From the IMG/VR virus record IMGVR_UViG_3300021560_000026, positions 1 through 42,539 of that record: 42,539 bases of DNA. One strand, written 5' to 3'. Every line of letters starts with the position of its first letter. Positions within the stretch are counted from its first letter, which is position 1. The notes beneath the pieces are model-generated. The model was not told where the DNA came from. It made no database searches and worked only from the letters and a program-made list of their open reading frames with translations. The DNA comes from a virus (lineage: Duplodnaviria > Caudoviricetes). Shown here one piece after another: positions 32,889-41,903 of the stretch. The position numbers were made by a program, and so were the translations under genes.

Positions 32889-33947
32889 ATGATCGCTCTC
32901 CGAAAGCCTACGCCAAAAACACAATTAGAACCACAAATACAAATTATGATAGACAGTGGCGCATTTTCAGCATGGCGACTTAATAAAACGGTTGACTTAA
33001 AAAAGTATTGCGATTTTTTATTAGCTAACCAAGATTGGATACATAGTTACGTTAACCTAGACGTAATCAAACCAGGCAATCCAGAAACTGCAGCAAAAGA
33101 AGGTTTTGACAACCTACTCTATATGAGATCACGCGGACTAAATCCAATTCCTGTTTACCATATAGCTGAGGATATTTCCTGGCTATATCGTATGCTAGAT
33201 TTGGGTTGTAACTATATCGGCCTTGCTGCTACGTCTCTCGACGCGCGTAACGCAACCGACGATTGGTATGCAATGGCATGGTCGCGCCTTGTTAATAATC
33301 AAGGCAATCCCATCGTTAAAGTTCATGCATTTGGCGATACAAGATTAAAGCTATTAACAAAATATCCTTGGGCGTCGGCTGATTCGTCAACCTGGATTAA
33401 TGGGCAAAAATATGGAGTGATGCTTTTACCAAACGGGAAACGCGTGTCTTACCGGCAAAAACTTGATAGTTCTGCCTCAATGCAAGACATTGATCTGTTA
33501 TCCGAACTCGATCAAGAACAGTTTAACAGAATACTAAAGGAACTTAACCTCGACCGTAACTCGTTAGGAGAACGAAAATCCCGCGAAGGTATAGTAGCAA
33601 GACCATATATTTGCGCACGTTTTTACGTCGAAATAGAAAAACAAATACAACCTTTACTGCCCATTGCCTTCTATCCACAGACAGGACTTATTTCCAGTCT
33701 TTTAAATAACGGATCTAAAGAAATTACTTTAACTAATTTTGATCTATTTATGGCAGTTGGTACAAATAACTCAACCCTTCCAATACTATACTATGCGGGC
33801 AGTAAAAAGCATCTTGTATCTTACTTTTACATAACGGATCGTATAAGAAATGCTTTACGCAATTACTGCAAAAATCCGTTAAATGTGGTATCTAACAAAC
33901 CGTATAATACTTATTATGATGTTTTAACGAGGATAGTTAAAAGATGA
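32889..33947 (+). CDS. dpdA: DpdA-like / TGT-fold DNA 7-deazaguanine transglycosylase
   Basis: IDSGAFS, NLDVI, PIPVYH, YIGL, VHAFG and PW.SADSSTW motifs; folE and gat-queC nearby. Confidence 0.75.
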   Translation: MIALRKPTPKTQLEPQIQIMIDSGAFSAWRLNKTVDLKKYCDFLLANQDWIHSYVNLDVIKPGNPETAAKEGFDNLLYMRSRGLNPIPVYHIAEDISWLYRMLDLGCNYIGLAATSLDARNATDDWYAMAWSRLVNNQGNPIVKVHAFGDTRLKLLTKYPWASADSSTWINGQKYGVMLLPNGKRVSYRQKLDSSASMQDIDLLSELDQEQFNRILKELNLDRNSLGERKSREGIVARPYICARFYVEIEKQIQPLLPIAFYPQTGLISSLLNNGSKEITLTNFDLFMAVGTNNSTLPILYYAGSKKHLVSYFYITDRIRNALRNYCKNPLNVVSNKPYNTYYDVLTRIVKR

Positions 33948-34118
33948 CACACTGGTTAAAACATTTACTTGGTTATGAATTCTCGATATATGCTCAGGTA
34001 ACTAAATTTGATAACGACCCGAGATACTGCTGGATAGGTTATCGTTGTGCAATCTGTAAAAAAGTATATAATTGGCAATGAACCCAGCGACGCTACACAT
34101 CTATGTAAAGAAATTGCT

Positions 34119-34307
34119 ATGACTATTTCTGGACAACGTCCCTGTGCTTGCGGTTCCGGACAACCTAAGCATGCCGTCTACGATGCACGCGGTATCTTTT
34201 TAACCTATGTATGTGATAAATGCGAAAAGAAAAAGCTTGCAGAGTTTCGACCTGAGGTCTTAACTAATCCTAACTACTCACACGACGAACCAATCGAAGT
34301 AGAGTAA
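34119..34307 (+). CDS. Small zinc-finger protein
   Basis: CACGSG.....YDARGI....VC.KC motif. Start taken at MTISG. Confidence 0.7.
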   Translation: MTISGQRPCACGSGQPKHAVYDARGIFLTYVCDKCEKKKLAEFRPEVLTNPNYSHDEPIEVE

Positions 34308-34510
34308 TGATAACGTATTCTTGGGCAATAAGCGGTACTTCTACTGATGGTAATTGGCATAATACTGGTACAGCAAAGTGTCATACTATTGAAACTGCAC
34401 TTACAATAGCGCTAGCAGATAACGCTAAACTACTTACTCTGAATAAAACAGTTTTTGCTTTTACTGTCACAAGAATTATTATCGACGAAGTGAGAAATTT
34501 AAAATGCTAG
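34307..34510 (+). CDS. Hypothetical protein
   Basis: TAATG-coupled ORF. Confidence 0.5.
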   Translation: MITYSWAISGTSTDGNWHNTGTAKCHTIETALTIALADNAKLLTLNKTVFAFTVTRIIIDEVRNLKC

Positions 34511-35556
34511 CCTCTGATCTCTACAATAAGTTATCTCCATTTGCATTTTTGTGCAACAAAAACGCCTTGTCGTCAGCCTATCAAGTTCTTCATATAACCC
34601 CAACTTCTGTTCGCGGGTGCGCTGCGTTTGGTATTATGGAAGTGGAAGTTGCTTTAGACGACATCAAAGACTTTTACATAGATGCAGATACATTTTTATC
34701 AATTCTAAAAAATCTACCTAATGCAGAACTCGAGTTATCACTAAAGGATAAAGTATTGCACTGGCTATGCGGACCAGCACGCGGACAGTACGCTTGTAAA
34801 GACCAAGTTACGATGCCAGAATTAAAGTGGGAAAAAACCCCAAGCACAGAACTTCCTTCTGACTTTAGTAAAAACCTTGAACTCGGATCGTTAGCTTGCG
34901 GCACAACAGCTTTGCTATCAGTTGGACTATATGGAACAGTATTAGAAAATAATAGCGAATTGTGCGCTTATGCTTCTGATGATACTACAATATCTTGCTG
35001 CCAATTATCAGAGGGCATAGAAGACTCGGTTGAAAAAGCAACATTCTCGCCTGATGCCTGTCGACTTCTTGGAGTAATCACTAATCGAAACAAAGCTGCC
35101 CTAGCTATCGATGCAACTACTCTTTATTGCCAAACCTCGGACACAAAACTCATACTTAAACAAATCCCTCCTCTAAAACAAGACATTAATAATGCTTTAG
35201 AAAACTTTCAAAAGAGCGATATATCTATTTCACTAAACCGCGAGGTTATCAAAGCTTTTATTGCGCGCGCCGAGGCCTTAACTGAAGAAAAAGGCCGCGC
35301 TGTTGTGACAATCTCCGTTGAAGACAGAGCTACTCAATTACGTTTCGTGGAAAATACAAGCATAACCGAACAATTTTATCTAGTTGAAGATGCGCCTGAC
35401 ATCAAAGTACCTCCTATTGCTATAGAAGCGCGACGCCTTTCCAAAGCATTAGCTCACTCCAAAGAAATTATCTTTGATTACGCCGAAAAACGCGTACTAA
35501 TCTTGAGGGGCGATAACGAGTTTCAGTTTGTAATTATGGGCAAGAGACAACAATGA
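34504..35556 (+). CDS. dnaN: DNA polymerase sliding clamp (beta-clamp-like)
   Basis: 350 aa with three-domain periodicity; C-terminal RL.KAL.....I.F......LIL.....F.FVIM; adjacent to pol and clamp loader. Confidence 0.6.
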   Translation: MLASDLYNKLSPFAFLCNKNALSSAYQVLHITPTSVRGCAAFGIMEVEVALDDIKDFYIDADTFLSILKNLPNAELELSLKDKVLHWLCGPARGQYACKDQVTMPELKWEKTPSTELPSDFSKNLELGSLACGTTALLSVGLYGTVLENNSELCAYASDDTTISCCQLSEGIEDSVEKATFSPDACRLLGVITNRNKAALAIDATTLYCQTSDTKLILKQIPPLKQDINNALENFQKSDISISLNREVIKAFIARAEALTEEKGRAVVTISVEDRATQLRFVENTSITEQFYLVEDAPDIKVPPIAIEARRLSKALAHSKEIIFDYAEKRVLILRGDNEFQFVIMGKRQQ

Positions 35557-35648
35557 ATTTAGACCCTGATACTGCCTTTTTTCTAAGTCAACTCATTGCC
35601 GGAATAATCATGATTCCATTAGCCTTTTTCCTAACGAGGTAAAAATCT

Positions 35649-35900
35649 ATGCGCGTGCAAATCTACCAAGAAGAACTCGGCGAAGGTTGTGAGGTTATCC
35701 AACAAACATCTCGAAACGGCGAAACTTTTTATGGCTTACGAATTTGGCTCAAAACATGCCAATCATTGCTAGATCATTCTACTAAAGAAGACGACGACCG
35801 AAGTGCTGTTACTTTCTGGTGTAGAAATCTAGGCGATTTAGGGATATTAGCTTACAATATGCAGGAAGCAATTACGCGTGCAGCGCCGCCAATCAGATAA
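35649..35900 (+). CDS. Conserved small phage protein
   Basis: MRV.IY.EE...YG.R..L......H...DDDRSAVTFW; SD GAGGT. Confidence 0.7.
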   Translation: MRVQIYQEELGEGCEVIQQTSRNGETFYGLRIWLKTCQSLLDHSTKEDDDRSAVTFWCRNLGDLGILAYNMQEAITRAAPPIR

Positions 35901-36004
35901 ACGCGCGCGTAAACGGGGTCGTAAATAGCGTACTTTGATGTCCGCTATAGGGATAAGTTTTAAGCTAAGATTTGCATTTACAATCCCGTTTACGGCGAAG
36001 TAAA

Positions 36005-38617
36005 ATGGGCTTCTTCCTAAACGAGCAGCAAGCCGCAACCCTAGTCGCACGACCCAAACCTAAACCGCGTAACGGTAAAACTACCAACATAGAAAATACC
36101 CCACGCGGCTGCGAATTTTGTCCTCTACAAGATACCTGGAAGAATATATCCACTCCGCAAATGCCAGTTGTTGGAGCTTGGAATATCGGGGACGGGCGGA
36201 ACAGATCTGATCTATCAATCGAAAATTGCGACATTCTAATCTTGGGCGAGGGTCCGGGAGAACAGGAGGATATAAAAGGAGTGCCTTGGGTTGGTGATGC
36301 AGGAAAGTTCTTACGCAAACATATCCCAATGCGGCTCACAGAGCAGATTGCTTTATCAAACAACGTAAGATGTCGGCCGCCCGGAAATCGAACGCCAACC
36401 GGATTAGAAGGACATTGCTGTTCTATTCATCTCGAAGAAGACATAGAGAAACACAACTTTAAAGTAATTCTTGGATTAGGAGGATCACCCCTTTCGAGAT
36501 TTATTACCGAAGCTCCAATTACCCATATTCACGGAACACGATTTCCCGTAAGGATCGGAGACAAGATCCTTTGGTACTACCCAACTTTTCATCCTTCTTA
36601 TCTACTGCATAACGGCGGAGAGCGTAGTTTACAGTTTCCGGTATTTGCAGAGGATTTACGTAGGTTCTTCCGAGAATACGAAAAATGGAAAAAGCCGCAC
36701 ATCGAGGATATAAAACCAGAAGACGTAATTTGTGTATACAATAAAGATGAGGCTTTTGCCTTATATGAAAAACTAAAAGGCGGCGTAATAGGGGTAGATA
36801 TAGAAACGCACAGCGATTATTATCAAACGCATAAAAACAATAAGCTGATTGCTAGGTGTGCGGAGCTTGGTTCTAGAATACTATCAGCTTCCTTTTCTGA
36901 CGGTGATCTCACTTTTGCTTTTCCAATAAATCATCCCGCACATATAAATGACTGGGGACTAGAATTACTATTGTTAGCTACTAGCGAACACAATTGGGTT
37001 GGGCATAATTCAGCGTTTGAATTAGTTTGGTTATTATGGCACGCAAAAAAAGCAGGCATAGAATGGAGTCCCGCTAGGTTTGATGATTCAATGGCGCTAT
37101 GCCGACTTTATCACTCACGAGAAACTTTACTAAATCTAGGTATCTGTTCTAGGATACATCTCGGAGTTAATATCAAAAAGCTAACAAAAGTTGACCCAAG
37201 CAACATTCTTGCTTCCACTCTAGATGACATACTTCCTTATAATGGCCTTGATTCTTGGGCTTCCCTTAAAATTTTAAAAGTGCTTCAAAATAAGGTTAAT
37301 AAGGATAACTACGAGCATCTTCTCGGATCGATAACTTCAACGGCTTACATGGAGTTTTTAGGTTTACCTATCAATTTAGACGTTGCACATGAGCTTAAAA
37401 AAGAATGGGGGGATCTCGCAATAGCTAAAGAAGAAGAAGCCAAGACTTATTATGAAGTAAAAGCATTCGAACGAGAATTACAACAAGAATGGAATATTGG
37501 TTCTACTAAAGACGTAGCAACAGCTTTAGTTAATTATGGCAAACTAGATTTACCTAAAAGTGGTAAAGGAAATTATGTTACTGATGACGAAGCGCTATCT
37601 CCCTTTGTAGAGACAAATCCCATTGCACGTATAACGCTCGACTACCGTGAAGCCAAAAAACACGAATCTACTTATATTGATCCTATATTAGCAATACCAG
37701 AACGATTTGAAGATGGTTTAGCGCACCCAGCTTATAGTACAATGCTAACAGCAACCTTTCGAACAAGTTCCAATGATTTTAATGCACAAAACTTTCCTAA
37801 ACGTAAACATCGTAAGTTGCGCAGCCAAATCGTAGCACCTCCGGGAGAAATATTTGCCTCTTGTGATTCGGGGCAACTAGAGGCGCGCATTTATGGAATG
37901 GATAGTAAGGACACCAATCTATGCGAATCTATAATTCGAGTACAAAAACATCCCGAAGAAGATATACATCTTTATTGGTTAAAAAGATTACTAGCTCTAT
38001 ATCCCCCTTACATGGATAGATTACGACAAAAAGTAAACCAAGCAGAAGAAGCTAAAATAATTAAGTATGGCCGCGATATTATTAAAACAGATTTTACGTT
38101 CGCCACCTTTTTTGGAACTACTGCCAAAAATTGCGCTGAGCGAACAGACGTTCCTTTTCCAATCATGCAAGAATTACTTGGAGAGTTTTGGGATCGTTAT
38201 CCCCAAGCTGCCAAATACCTAAAAGCCCGGGCACAAGAATATCGAAACACAGGAGGAGTAACTGCCCTAACTGGTATAACGCGTTATGGTGTATTCGGGG
38301 GGATGGAATATATCAATACACCAATTCAACATACCGGCGCTTACTTAGTGTTACAAGCTCAAAACGAGCTATCTCAGCTTGCGCTTGAAACCGGAGATAT
38401 GTACTTACACCCACGAATTAATATTCACGACGATTTAACATTCTTACTCCCAGACCAGGAGGATCGCATAGAAGAGTATATATCAATAATTGCAAAGGCT
38501 ATGACGCGCGTTCGTTTTCCATGGCAAATAGTGCCGCTCTCAGTTGAAGTAAAGATTGGATACAACTGGGCAGATCAGGAAGAGATTGCAGTTATTACCG
38601 GAGACTATGTTAGATGA
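36005..38617 (+). CDS. polA: Family A DNA polymerase with N-terminal uracil-DNA glycosylase (family 4-like) and 3'-5' exonuclease domains
   Basis: GEGPG..ED..G.P.VG.AG, N.VRCRPP.NRTP, FHPSY (UDG); DIET, HNSAFE, YN.LD (exo); D.GQLEAR, HDDL (pol). Confidence 0.92.
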   Translation: MGFFLNEQQAATLVARPKPKPRNGKTTNIENTPRGCEFCPLQDTWKNISTPQMPVVGAWNIGDGRNRSDLSIENCDILILGEGPGEQEDIKGVPWVGDAGKFLRKHIPMRLTEQIALSNNVRCRPPGNRTPTGLEGHCCSIHLEEDIEKHNFKVILGLGGSPLSRFITEAPITHIHGTRFPVRIGDKILWYYPTFHPSYLLHNGGERSLQFPVFAEDLRRFFREYEKWKKPHIEDIKPEDVICVYNKDEAFALYEKLKGGVIGVDIETHSDYYQTHKNNKLIARCAELGSRILSASFSDGDLTFAFPINHPAHINDWGLELLLLATSEHNWVGHNSAFELVWLLWHAKKAGIEWSPARFDDSMALCRLYHSRETLLNLGICSRIHLGVNIKKLTKVDPSNILASTLDDILPYNGLDSWASLKILKVLQNKVNKDNYEHLLGSITSTAYMEFLGLPINLDVAHELKKEWGDLAIAKEEEAKTYYEVKAFERELQQEWNIGSTKDVATALVNYGKLDLPKSGKGNYVTDDEALSPFVETNPIARITLDYREAKKHESTYIDPILAIPERFEDGLAHPAYSTMLTATFRTSSNDFNAQNFPKRKHRKLRSQIVAPPGEIFASCDSGQLEARIYGMDSKDTNLCESIIRVQKHPEEDIHLYWLKRLLALYPPYMDRLRQKVNQAEEAKIIKYGRDIIKTDFTFATFFGTTAKNCAERTDVPFPIMQELLGEFWDRYPQAAKYLKARAQEYRNTGGVTALTGITRYGVFGGMEYINTPIQHTGAYLVLQAQNELSQLALETGDMYLHPRINIHDDLTFLLPDQEDRIEEYISIIAKAMTRVRFPWQIVPLSVEVKIGYNWADQEEIAVITGDYVR

Positions 38618-38842
38618 CCATTCCATCAGCGCAAGCTATCGATTGGATCCGAAATAACGTTGGAGGACTTGACGAAAGCAACCCCGACCAAGCATAGCAC
38701 TAACAGAAATCGCAATTAAAGTTAGATACGCTATGCAAAACCTTCGCTAAAACTGCCGAACAAAATACTTATAAGTTCTGGCGCAATGCTTGTGTAATGA
38801 AAGGACAGTGCGCACTTAATGTGATACAAGAAAAGACTAAAA

Positions 38843-39202
38843 ATGACTGATATCCGAGAAACGCTACAAAAAGCAGAAGGCCCAAGTCGTGATCTCGATA
38901 TGGAAATTGCCGAGCTATTAGCGTGGCCGGTAGATCAACCGGTTCCCTACTACACATTAGACTTCAACTATACGATTAATTACATTGAACAACTTGGTAT
39001 GGACTGGGTTGCAGGTAACGTAAACGGACAAGTAGGTGGCACGCCATTTGCGCAGGTAGCTTGCACAAACGATCAAGCCTCATACTCTGGAACCGTTATA
39101 CTATCTTTATGGCTGGCTTGTATTCGCGCTATTATAGGCGACGAAAGACCGCCTAAATCTACACCTACCGGAAAAGCCCTCGATAATCATATTCCTCACT
39201 AA
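38843..39202 (+). CDS. Hypothetical phage protein (ABA-sandwich-like)
   Basis: L.KA.GPSRDLD.EIA...P.YT pattern. Confidence 0.6.
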   Translation: MTDIRETLQKAEGPSRDLDMEIAELLAWPVDQPVPYYTLDFNYTINYIEQLGMDWVAGNVNGQVGGTPFAQVACTNDQASYSGTVILSLWLACIRAIIGDERPPKSTPTGKALDNHIPH

Positions 39203-39225
39203 TTACTAGCTGAAGGAAGAAATAA

Positions 39226-39462
39226 ATGGCGACTAAAAAGGAAACACTTGAAGCGGCACTCCGCGGCGAAGGCTGCTTAGGTAAAGCTGCAGACGACGAA
39301 CCTGTATTCGTTATTCGTGCCCAAGATATGTTTTCAGAAGGTACGATTTGGTCATGGACATCTCGCGCCGCGAAAGAAAACTGTAATCCACAAAAGATAG
39401 AAGAAGCATTACAAACGGCTGCTGCTATGGCAAAATGGCCGCATAAGAAGTTGCCGGATTAA
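39226..39462 (+). CDS. Conserved small phage protein
   Basis: CL.KA..DEPVFV.RAQD...W...K.PD motif; SD GAAGGA. Confidence 0.7.
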   Translation: MATKKETLEAALRGEGCLGKAADDEPVFVIRAQDMFSEGTIWSWTSRAAKENCNPQKIEEALQTAAAMAKWPHKKLPD

Positions 39463-39467
39463 AAATA

Positions 39468-39647
39468 ATGGCTAAATGTCATCATATTCCTGAAGAAGGC
39501 TGTTTCGGCCTTCCAGAGGGATGTCCAAATTGCGACGACTTAGACAATCATGATATCTACAAAGAACTAGAGCAGGAAAGGCAGATAGACGAATTTACAG
39601 ACTTTATAGATTATATGGATAAATTACATAATGCAAAAACGCAATAA
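39468..39647 (+). CDS. Small Cys-containing acidic protein
   Basis: Manual 59-aa ORF MAKCHHIPEEGC...CPNC. Confidence 0.45.
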   Translation: MAKCHHIPEEGCFGLPEGCPNCDDLDNHDIYKELEQERQIDEFTDFIDYMDKLHNAKTQ

Positions 39648-39804
39648 ACGTAGCATCCAAAAAACGGTTAGACTACCTCTAGATTTACATACTGAACTCT
39701 GCAAACGCGGGAAAGTTGCTCCCCAACTTATTAAAGCAGCTCGCGAATACCTTTACCTTATAAAACTTAGAGAAGGTAAAACACAAGAGAAGCATAATGA
39801 ATAG
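39631..39804 (+). CDS. Ribbon-helix-helix-like small DNA-binding protein
   Basis: Manual 57-aa ORF containing KTVRLPLDLHTEL. Confidence 0.5.
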   Translation: MQKRNKRSIQKTVRLPLDLHTELCKRGKVAPQLIKAAREYLYLIKLREGKTQEKHNE

Positions 39805-40006
39805 AGTTATGCTCAACACTCCACTCGCTCAGGCTAATACTTTACTTAAGACTATTGCCCGCGAAGCACAAATACTAAGTACAGAAGAATTAACTAAAGC
39901 CCTCGAACAATATGGTTGTGGCTATGATGATTGGAATGCTTTATTTGAATACGAAAAACCACGAATAATCTTTAAAGCTTTAGCTGCGCGCACAAAAGAA
40001 GCTTAA
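39797..40006 (+). CDS. Hypothetical protein
   Basis: Coupled ORF upstream of the clamp loader. Confidence 0.55.
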   Translation: MNRVMLNTPLAQANTLLKTIAREAQILSTEELTKALEQYGCGYDDWNALFEYEKPRIIFKALAARTKEA

Positions 40007-40008
40007 AA

Positions 40009-40941
40009 ATGCCTGAACCCTTAATCACGCGCTATCGTCCTAGCACGTTTGAAGAAGTACTAGGCCATGATGATCAGGTAAACGCCTTAAAACGTGTACT
40101 AAAAACCGATACGCGCCCCCATGCCTATCTCTTGACGGGACCATCAGGAATAGGAAAGACAACAATAGCTCGTATTATTGCTACTGCAATCGATGCAGAA
40201 GTACTTGAAATAGACGCGGCTTCTAACAGCGGCATTGATGCCGTGCGCCAGTTAAACGAACTTGGCCAACATATGAGTCTTTACGGCGCAGACGCACGAA
40301 TGTTTATCATAGACGAGTGTCACGGCTTATCGCGCCCTGCCATGCAAGCCCTACTTAAACTACTTGAAGATCCTCCCGAACATCTTTACTTAGCCCTAGC
40401 TACAACAGAACTACAACGCATTCCAGAAACTATTTTAACTCGCTGTTACCATATTCCATTACGCCCAATTAAACCGACGGAAATCGAAGATCTACTATCA
40501 GTCATATGCGAGTGTGAAAACTGGACACCAAATCCAGACGTCTTACAAATGATCGTGCAAGGTTCGACAGGTCAACCAAGAAAAGCACTATCACTATTAC
40601 AAGCCTGTTATGATGCCCCATCACGAGAGGAAGCCAAACGTATCATAGCTTTGCTTGAAACTTCTGAACCTTTACTTGATTTACTTCGAATTCTAGTTTC
40701 TGGACGCCGAGATTGGAAACTAGTACAATCATATCTGGAACAAATAGATGACGCAGACTTTGAAGAAGCATCCGTAGGCGCCGGGAGGTATATTATAAAT
40801 GCGATGCTGAAAGAACCTGAGGAGAAAAAAGCAGCTAGTATGTGGGCTTTACTTGAAGCATTAGTATATCCCACAGCGACCTTTGACCGCAAGGCTTCCT
40901 TCTTTGCGGCTATCGGTCGCTACTTATGGACTAAGATGTAA
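40009..40941 (+). CDS. dnaX: Clamp loader AAA+ ATPase (DnaX/RFC-like)
   Basis: YRP..F.EV.G, GPSGIGKTT.AR, EIDAASNSGID..R, IIDECH, ALLK.LEDPP and TILTRC motifs. Confidence 0.92.
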   Translation: MPEPLITRYRPSTFEEVLGHDDQVNALKRVLKTDTRPHAYLLTGPSGIGKTTIARIIATAIDAEVLEIDAASNSGIDAVRQLNELGQHMSLYGADARMFIIDECHGLSRPAMQALLKLLEDPPEHLYLALATTELQRIPETILTRCYHIPLRPIKPTEIEDLLSVICECENWTPNPDVLQMIVQGSTGQPRKALSLLQACYDAPSREEAKRIIALLETSEPLLDLLRILVSGRRDWKLVQSYLEQIDDADFEEASVGAGRYIINAMLKEPEEKKAASMWALLEALVYPTATFDRKASFFAAIGRYLWTKM

Positions 40942-40952
40942 TAGGAGTTTGC

Positions 40953-41216
40953 GTGTCGGAAAATCTTACGCATAAAGAGAATATCCGCACAATAGCCATG
41001 CAATTAGCAGTAGAAATGGCAAAAATTTCTGTCTCTGCTACCCCCGGTTATCCCCAACCCTCTATTTTTGAAGTCGCCGAACGAGTAGAACAATGGCTTT
41101 ATCAGGCTAATGATATCGATCCCCAAATACTAGTTAAAGAAAAAGATAAAAATATTCATATCGGCCCAACTATAAAGGTCCCATGGAGTAAAAAACGTAT
41201 TTTTGGAGTTCTGTAA
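40953..41216 (+). CDS. Hypothetical protein
   Basis: SD AGGAG, GTG start. Confidence 0.55.
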   Translation: MSENLTHKENIRTIAMQLAVEMAKISVSATPGYPQPSIFEVAERVEQWLYQANDIDPQILVKEKDKNIHIGPTIKVPWSKKRIFGVL

Positions 41217-41285
41217 TCATGACCGATAAAGAACTGCAGACTGCAAGATTTTGCAGAGTATAGCATTCCTAACAAATTTACTAAA

Positions 41286-41735
41286 ATGACCGAAGAAGAA
41301 CTTAACAAATACCACGAGCTAAGTTCGCATCTAACTATTGATATGTTGCGACTTGATCAAGACATATTAGAATTACCGCAAATAATTCAAGATGCTGCCG
41401 AGTTAGCGGCTTCTATTGCCGGTATAGGACGCGATGCAGAACACTATTACGAAATTACCCGCGCTGAGACTGCAAATAAAATTCGCAATGCTGATGGCGA
41501 TTCTCCTTCTGAAGCTTATATTACACGCCAGCTCCCATTAGAACAAGAAGTACAAGATGCTAAACATATAATTAACGAGGCTGCTCGCGACACAGCACTT
41601 GTCACGGAATTAGTTCGTTCTCTCCGCGAAAAGTCACGATTACTAATAAAGTTATCAGATTTGATAATCGCTGGCTACATCACTCCATCTAGCGTATATT
41701 CTAAAGAACAGAAAGAGGCTCGTGTTCAAAGATGA
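41286..41735 (+). CDS. UvsY-like helical recombination mediator
   Basis: L.ID...LD......P, SEA.I and coiled-coil pattern; lies upstream of an SSB gene. Confidence 0.5.
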   Translation: MTEEELNKYHELSSHLTIDMLRLDQDILELPQIIQDAAELAASIAGIGRDAEHYYEITRAETANKIRNADGDSPSEAYITRQLPLEQEVQDAKHIINEAARDTALVTELVRSLREKSRLLIKLSDLIIAGYITPSSVYSKEQKEARVQR

Positions 41736-41890
41736 ATGTAATTACTTGGACTATAGTTATTATTTGCGGCATAATTTTTGCTTCGCTAATCGTTTACCTC
41801 CTAGCACGAATCGGAACTTATGGCGCTATGAAATCCGTATATGCTGCGAAGAAGGAAGCTACTCGTCGTCAATTGCCGCCTATCCTGTAG
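41732..41890 (+). CDS. Small membrane protein (52 aa)
   Basis: ATGA-coupled; MNVITWTIVIICGIIFASLIVYLLAR... Confidence 0.5.
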   Translation: MNVITWTIVIICGIIFASLIVYLLARIGTYGAMKSVYAAKKEATRRQLPPIL

Positions 41891-41903
41891 GAATGTAAGC
41901 AAA

